DNA of 63,576 nt, filler included, from Octopus bimaculoides (Eukaryota): NCBI RefSeq assembly GCF_001194135.2. It is 4 parts of 4 records of this genome, joined end to end, with 100 filler letters (N's around TTAATTAATTAA, not from the genome) between each part and the next. Parts side by side here need not be neighbours in the genome. Positions count along the whole stretch, not along the records: positions 25,431 to 56,618 come from NC_069006.1; positions 56,719 to 63,576 come from NC_068993.1; 2 more parts are not named here. One strand, given 5' to 3'. Below are positions 47,911-62,552 of this stretch, in pieces. Both the position numbers and the translations under genes were made by a program. The notes below the pieces were generated by a model. It had not been told where the DNA came from. It made no database searches and worked only from the letters and a program-made list of their open reading frames with translations. How positions within the stretch are numbered: the first letter of the stretch is position 1; the number at the start of each line of letters is the position of its first letter.

Positions 47911-50900
47911 TTTTTGCAATATATTCATTACAACACTCATGTTTTCTTTTTAGCATGAGGAAGAACATACTTCTGTAAAAACCATGCCATAATGTAGTCT
48001 TTGGAATCATCGGATCTTGTCAAACCATCCAACTCATGGAACATGAGTAATGCAAACTTCCTTGTTTAAATTGGTCTAAATTAAAAAACCTTTGCATCAA
48101 AATTTCGTGTTAATTACTTTCAAACCACCAGTTTATTAATAATGACATTATTTTGCTAAATTCTTCATTATCTTTAACATTGATAGGAACAAAAGCAGTG
48201 ACTTTCAACAGAAATATAGTAACAAAAAAAAAACAAACCAAAAATAAAAAAAGTTAGAACACTGAATTCATTAATTGCTTTACAACAGGTATGAGACAAC
48301 CTGTTTTAGCAGTGGTCTTTCATGATGCTGCTCATCATAAATAGGTCTGCACCACTAAAAGAATTTTTCAATGAACCTTGTGTATATGTTGATAATGCAA
48401 AGAGCCATCCAGCTTTATACCGAACCTTGAAGCATGTTTGAATGGGGAAGAGGAGAAATTCAAATTAATAGTTTACTGTGACAAGTTATGAGTTTTTACC
48501 TAAGAGTTTATATAATCATGACATGTGCCATATGAAAAGTCACATGCCACTTGTGACCCATTACCTGCCTTAATTTTAGTTAAAATCACAGCAGCAAGCT
48601 CTTTTTCTAACCNNNNNNNNNNNNNNNNNNNNNNNNNNNNNNNNNNNNNNNNNNNNNNNNNNNNNNNNNNNNNNNNNNNNNNNNNNNNNNNNNNNNNNNN
48701 NNNNNNNNNNNNNNNNNNNNNNNNNNNNNNNNNNNNNNNNNNNNNNNNNNNNNNNNNNNNNNNNNNNNNNNNNNNNNCTCTCTCTCTCTCTCTCTCCCCC
48801 TCTCTCTCTCTTCCCAGTTCTTTTCTCTCTCTCTTCCCAGTTCTTTTCTCTCTCATACCAGTTTTCTCTATTTCCACTGTCACTCTTCTCTCTCACATTA
48901 ACTCTCTCTCCTGTTGTGCTGTCTCTCTCTCTCTCTCGCCCTCGTTATCTCTCACCCCCTCTCTACCTACAGTAATATGATAAACATTACTTTAATCTCT
49001 CTCCTATCAACCAAGACCAAACAATTTTTATGGCTGTGGATTGCTTGAACTAAATGACTAACTCTAGATTATTATGAGTTGGTCCCCCCCCCCGGGCCCT
49101 CCTCACTCATCAAAAGTATTATTTTATGACATTTTCTGCTTCAATTCCTCAAGTTAAATTTAGCCAGAGCTAACCCTTAATGTCTTTCTTTTGTTGTAAA
49201 TTTTCTCAGCCTTTTTAACCCAGGTAATGTTGCCTTCCTAAGAACAATCTTGGAATCTGTCATATAATTCTTTTATGGTATTAGTTGCCTTCAATTGTGT
49301 TCCTGTTCCTTAGATATGTGTAGCTTTGTATACAGTTCTACTCAGGTTTCACATTCCTCTACATCTAACCACACTTTTGTGACAGAGAAACTCTCCCTCC
49401 CCCCTCTGGCCTTTCATACCTGAGTTGCTCTGTCTAATTTTTTTTAAGGTGGTTTCTGTTCTCTCTTAGATAAACATTTCAAGTTTGTTGTGTCACCAGT
49501 TAATGGGTGCAGAAACCACAACGAATAAGCCATAAACCGGCCTGGGTATTGTATTCTTGTTTCAGTTGTCTATCTGACTGTGACTACCGCCTTGAAAGTT
49601 CTTAACTGTAGAAATCGACCTCAGGACTTTTTTTAATTTTTAAAGCCTGGTACTTATTTTCTCAGTCACTTTTACCACACTGCTAAGTTACATGGATGTA
49701 ACTTAGTGCTGGTTGTCAAGAAGTGATAGGGGGAACAAGCTTAGACCCAAAGTCACACAGATATATATATATACACACACACACACACAATAGGCTTCTT
49801 TCAGTTTCTGTCTCCCAAATCCCCTCACATGGCTTTTGTCAGCTCAAGGCTACAGTAGAAGACATTTGCCCATGGTGTCACACAGTGAGACTGAGCCTGG
49901 AATCTTATGGTTGGGAGGCAAGTGTCTTACCACACAGCCTGAACCCGGAACCATGTGGTTCGTTAGCAAGCTACTTACCACGAAGCCACTCCTTGGTCAA
50001 CTTAGCCTTTCACTCTTTCAGGATGAAATTCCATTTAGGGTAGTAGATTGGTGGGAAATTAGAGCATTGAAAGAGATGCCTTGTTCTATATATGTTTTGG
50101 CTCTGTGCATTCTGCCTCCTCTCATTGGCAAAAAATGGCAATATGGTTGGGAAGTCTTTGACCCTTTCATGTATAAATTATTCTGTCAAACATGAAGCGT
50201 ATTTATACAAACTGGTTTGAATTAATCATGCATTATCTTGCTGCTTCTAGATTTCAATGAAGTGATAATATATTTTTAGAATGACATTGTATGGTAGGTT
50301 AGAGATGCCGAATTTTGATCAGTTTGAACATAAAACATATAGAACTATTTGGGCCTGATATGGCCAGTTTAAATGCAGCAAATAACTAAGTATTTCAGCT
50401 GGTTACTCCCCATGCCAGCATACCATCTGGCTGGCGAGACTGCAAGGGGTAGTTCAAGCCTTATGCGCTCAACAAGCAAGCAATGTGCCAAGCGGTCTAT
50501 AAACTACTGACTTTAAGCTCCACATAATGTGTCGTGAGCTAGTTAGCTTGGCACCACCTTGTCTTCTCTATTGCCATTAATAAAACCTTGATGTGATTGT
50601 AGCCCCCGCCCCCTCCCATCATCTTCCTACAGGAATTAGTCCACTGAGTTTAATCAAAGGAATTGTATTTTAGTGATGCCTTATAAATGTATGGCTCTAA
50701 GATTCACTGTAGTTGGATTTGAAATCAGAGCAACAGAAAATGTCTGAGAAGTGTGCCTTTGGTGATGTGCTGGTGCTTCACTACCTAGTCTTTGTTCTGG
50801 CTCACTACATCTAATTAGGCTAAATGGAAAGCTTGTAATTTCTTTGATGTAGTAACTATAGCAACAATGAGAACACATGATTATTTCTGCGTGCAGATAA

Positions 50901-51051
50901 CATTGTTGAAAGCTGTTTAATTTACAGCAACAGACCAATAACCTTAATGGACTGTGTAGCTTTTAACCATCTTCTTCTAAGTTGTGTTGCTTTCCTCTTC
51001 ATTTTGAATACAGTTTTCAAATTAGATGAGAAATCTGCTCAAGTCTCTCTC

Positions 51052-51108
<57 letters not shown>

Positions 51109-51297
51109 TAGTGAAACCTTTTATTCTTTGTAAACTATGCTGTTACTATTGTTACATCCCAAATCATCTCTCTGTACTACATCAGAAGTTTTCCAACCAT
51201 GACCACCTTCTAGGATTGTATCGACCATCTTTTTTTAAAAAAAAAACAAAAACAAAAAGAAGACATAGGCACAGGTATGGTTGTGTGGTAAGAAGCT

Positions 51298-51523
51298 GCG
51301 AGCTGGCAGAACCGTTAGCACACCGGGCGAAATGCTTAGCGGTATTTCGTCTGCTGTCATGCTCTGAGTTCAAATTCCGCCGAGGTCGACTTTGCCTTTC
51401 ATCCTTTTGGGGTTGATAAATTAAGTACTAGTTATGCACTGGGGTCGATGTAATCGACTTAATCCCTTTGTCTGTCCTTGTTTGTCCCCTCTATGTTTAG
51501 CCCCCTGTGGGCAATAATGAAAC
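51298..51523 (+). mobile_element. Young SINE family 2 copy nested in a CORE-type SINE, 8-bp TSD
   Basis: Flanked by AAGAAGCT at 51290-51297 and 51524-51531; removing it restores gtggtaagaagcttgcttcccaaccac of the host SINE. Confidence 0.85.
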
Positions 51524-52997
51524 AAGAAGCTTGCTTCCCAACCACATAGTTCCAGGTTCAGTCCCACTGTGTCACCTTGGGCAACTGTTTTCTATAGCCA
51601 TGAGCCAACCAAAGCCTTGCAAGTGGATTTGGTAGACAGAAACTGAAAGAAATTAACCATATATAAATCTGTGTGTATATCTTCATATCAACCACCACTG
51701 CTTGACAACTGGTGACTTTACATACCTGTAACTTAGTGGTTCAGCAAAAGAGACTGGTGGAATAAGTACCAGGCTTTGAAAGATAAAAAATAAGTACTGG
51801 GGCTGATTTGCTCAATGAAAATGCTTCCAGGCTGTGCTACAGCATGGCTACAGTCTAATGTCTGAAATGAGTAAAAGATAAAAGGTGTGATTGTGAAGAG
51901 ATTTAATTCTTATTAATGGCAGTAGAGAGGTTTAGGTCTGTGTGTGTGAGTTCAAATTCCAATGAGGTCAACTTTGCCTTTCATATTTTTGGAGTTGATG
52001 AAATATATACCAATTAAGCAGTGAGGTTGATGTAATCAATTAGCCCCTTTTCCCCAAAAATTCAGGCCTTGTACTTATATTAGAAAATTATATTATATTG
52101 TATATGTAGATATATGTGTGTGTGTTTATATATGTTTATATATATATATATATAGATAGATAGATAGGTAGATATGTATGTGTATATATATATGCACACA
52201 CGTAATGTGTGTGTGTGTATGTATATATATATATATATATATATATACGTACATGTGTATATGTATACATATATACATTTTACATGTGTACATATATACA
52301 TACATGTATACATGTGTATGTATACTTACACATGTAATATGCATGTGCATGTATATATATTGTGTATATGTATATATATACACATATGTAACATTTATGT
52401 GTGTGTGTATATTATATGTGTAAGTGATATTTATATATATATGTATATATATCTGCCCTGTAACAATAAAAACACATTTTAGAAATAATTTTCATATTCA
52501 AGTTGAAATAAAGCGAGCAGTGACATTTGACATAGTTTCCTAAGAAAACAAATTAGGCGTTATCTGGCATTAACAATGTAATCTGTATGCAAGAGGTACT
52601 TGCTGCTTCTCGCATAAATCAATGTTAACATTCACAAGAACTCTTTTCCTTCCATTATATCGAGTTCGAGGCATATAGTTTCTTTCTCTCTGTTGAGGTA
52701 GTTAATTTATAGTGCAGACTGGATTATTTATTCTCCCTTGCCAAAATTTCTTTACATTTTGCTTTCTTTTCTTTTTATTTTTTTTTTCTATCTTGTTTTC
52801 TTCTTCTTTTTTTCTTGCGTTGTTACTTTGCAGAACATAAAACTCTTGTCTACAAAACGACGAGGTGCTTTGCAAATAAATTATATTTTAATTTTCAGTA
52901 TTCGCTATTTTAAAGAAATTCAATATGAGACAACACAAAACAAGACTCCTATCTTAATGAGCTAACAAACTACACCATTCTGTCTGTCTACCTCTCT

Positions 52998-53050
<53 letters not shown>

Positions 53051-53804
53051 GGATATATACAGAACATGTTTAACACATGTTACATAATACACATAATGCA
53101 CCAATCTATGTTTCTTTACAAGTGACATCTTTACTTAGCTTGCTTGACTTGTAAAAACTCATGTAATTTTCAGAGATTTGCTGTTCTTTTTGGCCCCTTT
53201 TCAATAAGTGTCAATATTTCCTTCGTTGCTGATTCACAACTCACCGGTTTCTTAAATGCGGCATATTTGCATGTTTTTTTTCTCCTTCCTTTGTTTGTTT
53301 CTCTCTTTATTTCTTTCCTCTCTATTTTTGTTGCTGTTCTCCTTTCTAGTCATCTACCGACATTCACCTCCCCCCCCACACCATTTTTTTATTATTATTA
53401 TTTTATATCTTTTATTTTCTTTCCAAACAATGGAAGTTCCATAGAAAATCTGAGATTTACTTGGCCTATCCAGTTGCCTCTTCCTAGACAGCGGTCTGAC
53501 AGATTTTCTGACATTCTTCTACATCTGTATTTATTTTCACTTGTAATCTGTCAGTTTATCAACATGTTGGAAATAACCCATGGAACTAAACCAGTCGGTC
53601 ACCTTTCTTTGGTCTTTTTGCATCTCCAAAAGCTCTTGCTAATGGACTTGAGTATGGTGTGCATGTGTTTGTGGTCTTCTTGCATGTGTGTGTGTGTGTG
53701 TGTAGTCATATATGTGTTGTGTGTATTTATGTATTCACATATGCATTTATATGAATATACATATAAATATCTGTATGTATCCATATATATTTCCTTATAT
53801 AATT

Positions 53805-53846
<42 letters not shown>

Positions 53847-54776
53847 TATATATATAATCTCCATCCATCCATATATATGTATGTGTGTCTATGTATACAT
53901 ATGTGGCTATGTATGTATATGCTATATAGATTTGTGTGTGTATGAACAAAAAATATGGAGAGCAAGAAGAGAGGAAAAAGCAAGATGCACATGAGAGGGA
54001 AAGGGAGGGTGGGGGGAGAGGAAGGCTAAGCCACTTAATCATAGAAAAAATGGACAATTCTTTAAAAAGCAAATACTTTTTGTCAGTTTTGATGTATGAG
54101 AAAAGTTTTAGTGATTGTAATATAATATTTCACTTATTGTATATTGATTTTTAAAAAAATGGAAAAATATAAATCAAACACGCACACAGAAGAAAATAAT
54201 AACAATAATGATAATAATAATAATAATAATGATAATATGCATTATAAAATAAAACCTATCCCTGTGTGTGTGTGTTTTCTGTTGGGGGTTTTCTGTTGGT
54301 GAAATAAGGTTTGTTTGTTGCTTATCAAGTTGTAGTTTTTTTTTTTTGTTTGTTTGTTTTCTGTTGTTCCAGTTAATATATTGCTGTCAAGTTGTGTTGT
54401 TGTTATGTTGAAACATTTGCTAGGCTAGATAGATGTTCCATTAGAAACTACTGTTGATGGCTTTCATCTCACAGCTTTATTATTTCTAACTTCCTGCATT
54501 TATTCATACACACACACACACACATGTGCACACACACACAATTTATCGGTGCACATTTTTATTATGGTTGTCAAATGGAATCCACTGATGACCATTGCCT
54601 TCATTTTATGAATCCTTTCATGGCTGTGCATCCCAGTTCTATATACAATTGTGCACATATTATACATGCATATGTGTGCACATCGTCATTCATGGTTGGA
54701 CATGTTTTCACAAGAGACTAGAAATGAGGGATTTTGCTTCTGTGATTGCAATGCTCATGTATAACTATTCCATGAT

Positions 54777-54989
54777 ATGACAGCAAGCTGGCAGAAACGG
54801 TATTTCGTCTGCCGTTACGTTCTGAGTTCAAATTCCGCCGAGGTCGACTTAGCCTTTCATCCTTTCGGGGTCGATAAATTAAGTACCAGTTACTCACTGG
54901 GGTCGATGTAATCGACTTAATCCCTTGTTTGTCCGCTCTATGTTTAGCCCCTTGTGAGCAATAAAAAAAAAATAAATAAAAAAATAAAA
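54777..54989 (+). mobile_element. Young SINE family 2 copy with A-rich tail and 16-bp TSD
   Basis: ataactattccatgat (54761-54776) versus ataactatcccatgat (54990-55005); body nearly identical to 51298-51523. Confidence 0.85.
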
Positions 54990-56236
54990 ATAACTATCCC
55001 ATGATGTCAAGACTAGAAAACATGCACATGTGTGTGCACGCACACACACACACACACACACACGTCTTTTAATTTTTATTTGTTTCAGTCATTGGACTGC
55101 AGCCATGCTGGAGCACCGCCCTGAAGGGTTTTAGTTGAACAAATCAACTCCAGTACGTTTTGGTTTTTGTTTTAAGTCTGTTACTTATTCTGTCAGTCTC
55201 TTTAGCTGACCTGCTAAATCACAGGGATGTAAACGAGCCAACACTGGTTGCCAAGTGGTGGTGGGAAACAAATACAAACACACATACACATAGATATACG
55301 CATATATACAAATGACAGACTTCTTTCAGTTTCTGTCTATTTCCAAGACAACCAGCTCAAGGTGTCACACAGTGGGACTGAACCCTGAGCCATGTGGTTG
55401 AGAAGCAAACTACTTACGACATGGCCATGCCTGTACCTTCTTACCACACAATCATGTCTGCACCTCTGTGTGTGCACGTTTGTTCATAGACACACAGGTG
55501 CGTACATATACATGATGGACCTCTTTCAGTTTCTGTCTGCCAAATTCATTCACAAGGCACTTTGGTTAGCCTGCAGGTACAGTAGAAGATACTTGCCTGG
55601 GTTGCCATGCAGTGAGGCTGGATCCCAAACTATGAGGATGGGAAATGAACTTAACCACACAGTCATGCCTGTGCCTATTACATACACGTGTATGTTTGTG
55701 TATCTCTATTAGTTTCGATGATGAATATTCAGTCGTTTGATCCAATTGAACTCCCTTCTCATTGAATTAGTAAGTGGCTGAGTAGCCCACAGACATGTGT
55801 GCCCATCATGTAATTTTCAGGAAGAATCAATGTAACACTGGGTGAGACAAGGTTGTGCCTTTTGGATTGGAGGTACACCCCCCCCCCCNNNNNNNNNNNN
55901 NNNCCCCATCCATCCAGTGGATTTCTATAGTTTCTATCAACCCCAGTTTCACTCACAAGGTAAGTGTTGACCTGAGGCTAGAGAAAATGAAATTTTCCCA
56001 AGATACCACGCAGTAAGTTTGAATCGGAGACCTTGTGATTGTGATGCAAATTTATTAACCACACACACACACACACACACACACAGAAAAGAGAGAAAAA
56101 TGTACTCAAATCGTCTAGTAAAGTTTATTCCTATATATTCAACATTGGGGCTTCACTCTGTCATTTCTGTGAGCTTCCTCTTATTCATTCTTTATAGTCT
56201 ATGTGTGCGTGTGTGTTNNNNNNNNNNGTGTGTGTG

Positions 56237-56267
<31 letters not shown>

Positions 56268-57069
56268 ATCTAGGTGTTCTTCAGTGCACCAGTAAATTCT
56301 CATCCATGGAAATGCCAAAAATATCTTCAGCTATAACACACACACACACACACACACTCTCACACATACTTTCTGTTTCTTTCTTCCTCTCACTTTTTCA
56401 CCTCTCCTCTGCTATGGCAATGGTGGGGAAAGGTGTGTGTGTGTGTGTGTGGGGGGCTGAGATGATTATAATATTCCTCCCTCACCTCTCTCCTCTTATT
56501 CTCTCTTCTTCACAAATCCACTTATTAGTCAGTAGAGAGACACCAGCTATTCAAAGGTGACATTTTCAAAAAAACTTCTTTCAATTCAATTAGTAGACAT
56601 GTTATAGATTTATAACACNNNNNNNNNNNNNNNNNNNNNNNNNNNNNNNNNNNNNNNNNNNNTTAATTAATTAANNNNNNNNNNNNNNNNNNNNNNNNNN
56701 NNNNNNNNNNNNNNNNNNATATATATATATATGTATACATCTATCTATATATATAAATATATATATACATATATATATATATATATGTATGTATATGTAT
56801 ATATATATATATATGAGTATGTATGTACGTATATATATATGAGCATGTGTACATATAAGTGTGTGTATGTATACATGCATGCACGTGTGTATATTAAACA
56901 GTTATTTGCAGCATAATTGAAATCCTATTGTTTTTTTTCCAAGTTAATATTTCGCGGTACAAATATATTAGATGTAGAAAAAATAAATATATACATTCGA
57001 ATTATATACAGATAGTTAACCATATCCACAAACATATAGGCACGCGCACACAGGCACATATATGTGTGA

Positions 57070-57143
<74 letters not shown>

Positions 57144-57949
57144 AAGTATGTCTGTATGTATGAGTGTATGTATGTATAAGTGTATGTATGTAGGAGTGTA
57201 TGTATGTATTCCTATAGGCATTACGCATATGCATATATATGTATATATGGCCCAATGCCTATATGCTTTCTTGTATATCCATATTTATATGGTTATGAAA
57301 TAACTGTGGCTGTATATTTGCGTGTGGTGTGTATGAATATACATACATATATACATATATACATTTATATATATATGCACACACACATATATGCATGTAT
57401 GTATATATGTATGTAATGAAATATATATGTAGGTGTATCTAGGCTTGTCTATGTATGTGTGTGTATGTATGTTTTTTTAGGTGTGTTTGAATGTATATAT
57501 ACGTATGCATGTATGTATGTAAGTAAGTACGTGTGTGTGTGTGTGTATATGTCTGCAAAGTATGTGTGAAAAACCAGCGAGCGAACATCGAAAGAACATG
57601 TAGATAGAGCGTACGCACCTGTCTTTGTCCATTAGTATTCCGGTTGTCCAAGAAGCTGGTCTGGAAGTCAGCATCTCGCTGGGGGCACCACCAACTACCT
57701 GTTCCTACTGTACACTTAGCATTGCAAACCATTGCTACGTGTTCAATTCCTTCGCCAGGCTGCAAGTTATTCTCAATGGCTGGACCTTTGCTTTCAATGA
57801 GGGCGTTTTTCCTTAGCTTTCTCTTTTCGTTTTATATATATGTTTTTTTTTTGTGTGTTTCTTTTCTTTCCTGTGCTTATATTTGGTTGTGATTGGTTAT
57901 TATTATTTATTACTATTAGTAGTAGTAGTGGTAGTAGTAATAGTAGTTG

Positions 57950-58144
57950 CTGCTGCTACCACTGCTGCTGCTGCTGCTGTTCATGATAGTGTATTTTGTT
58001 TTTTATTTTGTTTTTGATGTTGCTTATTTTTCTCCCCTTTTTGTTTCAATTTCTTCGCCTTTTTCTCCTAACATATATTTCCGTCCACCTTTCCTTATTT
58101 TAATATTTCTCTTCTCTCTTTCTCTCTCACTCTCGTTCTCTCTT

Positions 58145-58222
<78 letters not shown>

Positions 58223-58560
58223 TCGCTCTTTTCCCAATTTCTTTTACCACTCCGAATCTCTTTAAACTCGCTCACAATTTCTTCAACTCTCTCTCTCTCT
58301 CTCTCTCTCTCACCTTCTCTCACTCACCGTTCACTCTCTCTTTCTCTCTGTTTATCTCTCTACCTATCTCTCTCTCTCACCTGTACATTTTCATTTTCCT
58401 TCTTTCTCACTTCCGTTCTTTCTCACTTTTTTTCCCCCTTTCCTTTCTGTTTTCTTCCTTCTTTCCTTCCTTCTCTCCTTCCCTTCCTTCTTTCGTTCGT
58501 TTCTTTCCTTTTGGCCTTATTTCTTTCCTTCGGACATCGTGGCTTTCATTTTTTTCCCGC
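57950..58560. repeat. (CTG)n followed by a long polypyrimidine/(CT)n tract
   Basis: Direct inspection; perfect (CT)n at ~58148-58204 within ~500 nt of C/T-rich sequence. Confidence 0.9.
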
Positions 58561-58903
58561 CTTTTCTCTCGCAGTTTCGTAGCATATCCTCGAATTTAAA
58601 CGAAAACCTCATTCGCGTAATACACGACCAGCGAAATACACATACCTAGATACGACATACACTGTGTGTACGCCGCAAGTGTATGCGTGTCTACGTGTGC
58701 ATGTATGCGTATATAATATATGTGTGGTTACGTGTGTGTATATATGTTTGTATGTTTTTGCAAATATACATATGTAATCTATACAAGTCCGTGTGCTTCT
58801 TATATAGATACTTAGAGAAATGTGTGTGTTTGTGAATGTATGTATGTCTATATGTGTGTGTGTGTGTATCTGAATATATCTATGTATATTTATGTATATA
58901 CAT

Positions 58904-58944
<41 letters not shown>

Positions 58945-59306
58945 NNNNNNNNNNNNNNNNNNNNNNNNNNNNNNNNNNNNNNNNNNNNNNNNNNNNNNNN
59001 NNNNNNNNNNNNNNNNNNNNNNNNNNNNNNNNNNNNNNNNNNNNNNNNNNNNNNNNNNNNNNNNNNNNNNNNNNNNNNNNNNNNNNNNNNNNNNNNNNNN
59101 NNNNNNNNNNNNNNNNNNNNNNNNNNNNNNNNNNNNNNNNNNNNNNNNNNNNNNNNNNNNNNNNNNNNNNNNNNNNNNNNNNNNNNNNNNNNNNNNNNNN
59201 NNNNNNNNNNGCTGGCTGGCTGGTTGGTTGGTTGGTTGGCTAACAAGGCAGGCTATTTTCTGTCCCGGTTGGTTGCTTCTATTCAACAACCAATTTGCAT
59301 GAACGC

Positions 59307-59350
<44 letters not shown>

Positions 59351-59585
59351 CATACGTACATACAAACATGCGTGCGTATATTGGTACATATATGCAACGA
59401 TACATGCATACAAGCATACATTATTGTGAGTGTATATAAAGACACACACATATGTGCATTATATATATACATACACGTATATATATACTATATAAGTAGA
59501 TAGATAGATAGAATTATACATACAGACAAACCCATGCACACAGACACAGGCAGACTCCTACATACACACACACACACACACACAC

Positions 59586-59673
<88 letters not shown>

Positions 59674-59812
59674 ATGCACTGAGAACTTTATAAAATGCAT
59701 GTTTATATTTGCTTCTATGTGGGTGTTCTTCAATTAGAAAAGCTTTATTTCATACGCATACTTACACAATATGTATGTGTGTGTGTATGTATATATATAT
59801 ATATATATATAT

Positions 59813-59861
<49 letters not shown>

Positions 59862-59935
59862 TACACACATACATGCATATATATATTTCCCTATCTCTCA
59901 TATATATATATATTCATATATATATATACATGTAC

Positions 59936-59970
<35 letters not shown>

Positions 59971-60080
59971 NNNNNNNNNNNNNNNNNNNNNNNNNNNNNN
60001 NNNNNNNNNNNNNNNNNNNNNNNNNNNNNNNNNNNNNNNNNNNNNNNNNNNNNNNNNNNNNNNNNNNNNNNNNNNNNNNN

Positions 60081-60124
<44 letters not shown>

Positions 60125-60149
60125 CCTATCTCTCATATCTATATATATA

Positions 60150-60199
<50 letters not shown>

Positions 60200-60278
60200 C
60201 ATATATACATATATATATGTATGTGTGTGTATGTGTGTGTGTGTATAGATATATGCGTGCATGCATGTATGCATGCAT

Positions 60279-60319
<41 letters not shown>

Positions 60320-60440
60320 TGAGCAGTGGTGTAGAAAGAGGGTGAGAGTGATAAAACGACAATACGAGATATAAAACATACAAATAAACAAAGAGAAATA
60401 AATATTTAAGAGAGAATAAGAGAAGCTGACAGATGGAGAA

Positions 60441-60482
<42 letters not shown>

Positions 60483-61005
60483 GCAGTGTTAGACTGACAG
60501 ATAAACGTATAATAATTTTTATGAATATTGAAGAAATCATGATTAATCTAAATACATGCGTACGTTCANNNNNNNNNNNNNNNNNNNNNNNNNNNNNNNN
60601 NNNNNNNNNNNNNNNNNNNNNNNNNNNNNNNNNNNNNNNNNNNNNNNNNNNNNNNNNNNNNNNNNNNNNNNNNNNNNNNNNNNNNNNNNNNNNNNNNNNN
60701 NNNNNNNNNNNNNNNNNNNNNNNNNNNNNNNNNNNNNNNNNNNNNNNNNNNNNNNNNNNNNNNNNNNNNNNNNNNNNNNNNNNNNNNNNNNNNNNNNNNN
60801 NNNNNNNNNNNNNNNNNNNNNNNNNNNNNNNNNNNNNNNNNNNNNNNNNNNNNNNNNNNNNNNNNNNNNNNNNNNNNNNNNNNNNNNNNNNNNNNNNNNN
60901 NNNNNNNNNNNNNNNNNNNNNNNNNNNNNNNNNNNNNNNNNNNNNNNNNNNNNNNNNNNNNNNNNNNNNNNNNNNNNNNNNNNNNNNNNNNNNNNNNNNN
61001 NNNNN

Positions 61006-61039
<34 letters not shown>

Positions 61040-61328
61040 AACACACCCATACATACATACGTTCATACATACATGTATGTATGTATACGTTGATACAAAG
61101 AGCCTGTGGATGTACATTAACATGAAATATAAATTGACGAACTGACATGTGTGTATGTATGTATATACATATACACTCACTGTAATTATAGCCATCATTG
61201 AATGTGAATATAATAAAGTTTAATCAGTATTTGTGTGTGATTTTCTGTATACATTTTTAAAGTGTATGCTTGTATGCTGGCACGTGTAATGCTTTATGTG
61301 TGTATTTGTATGTATGTGTGTGTGTAAT

Positions 61329-61375
<47 letters not shown>

Positions 61376-61429
61376 NNNNNNNNNNNNNNNNNNNNNNNNN
61401 NNNNNTATATGCTTATATGCGTATAAACC

Positions 61430-61474
<45 letters not shown>

Positions 61475-62301
61475 CTATACACATATATGTATATATATAT
61501 ATATCTATATACATGAATGCACACATATAATGTATGCACCCATACACACATGCGTTTGCACATTCATATATACGTATAAAAGATTTTATATATTTATAAA
61601 TACACATATCTATCTATCTACCTATTCATCATGTGTGTGTGTTTGTGCGTGTAAGCACATATATATATACACATACACACATTTATATATGTGTATGCGC
61701 CTCTCTCTCTCTATATATATATATATGTGTGTGCGTGTATATATATATACATATATATATACATATATAACAGACAGTGTTGGAACTCTTTTAAGCAAAA
61801 TAATATATTCCTCTATACACAATCATACAAAAAAAAACCACCTTTTTTGTATTTATTTTTACTCGCATATATATATATATATATATATATTTGTATACAT
61901 ATATACATATTGTATATGCTAATATTCATGTATGTGTATATATATATAATCATGTATGTGTATATTTATTTATTTATTTATTTATTTATGTGTTTCAGCC
62001 AAGTGGCTGCGGTCATGCTGGTGCACCACATATATATATTACTGCATGTACACTTATATATTTATACACTGTGTGGATGGGTTGTTTTGATTGTAGGTGT
62101 GGTTGTACGTGTGCGAATACATTTGTATTTATGCATAAATGCACGCATAGCTACATGCGTACACCGATGCCTGCGTACATCGGTGCGCACTCAACTCTTT
62201 GATTGCATCTCCGAGCGTTCGAAGCTTTCCTATTTGCGAAAAGAGAAGCGAATGAAAAGGGGGGAAATGTGTGAGACAGAGAAAGGGAATGAAAGGGGGT
62301 T

Positions 62302-62343
<42 letters not shown>

Positions 62344-62419
62344 ATGGATGAAAGAAAGTAAAATTACTGAAAAAGAAATAATTTCAGATTCAGTGTTAAT
62401 TTTAATGTGAAATAGACGC

Positions 62420-62461
<42 letters not shown>

Positions 62462-62521
62462 ATCTATGTATGCATACATGCATGTTAAAACACACACACG
62501 CATACACGCACACCCATATAT

Positions 62522-62552
<31 letters not shown>

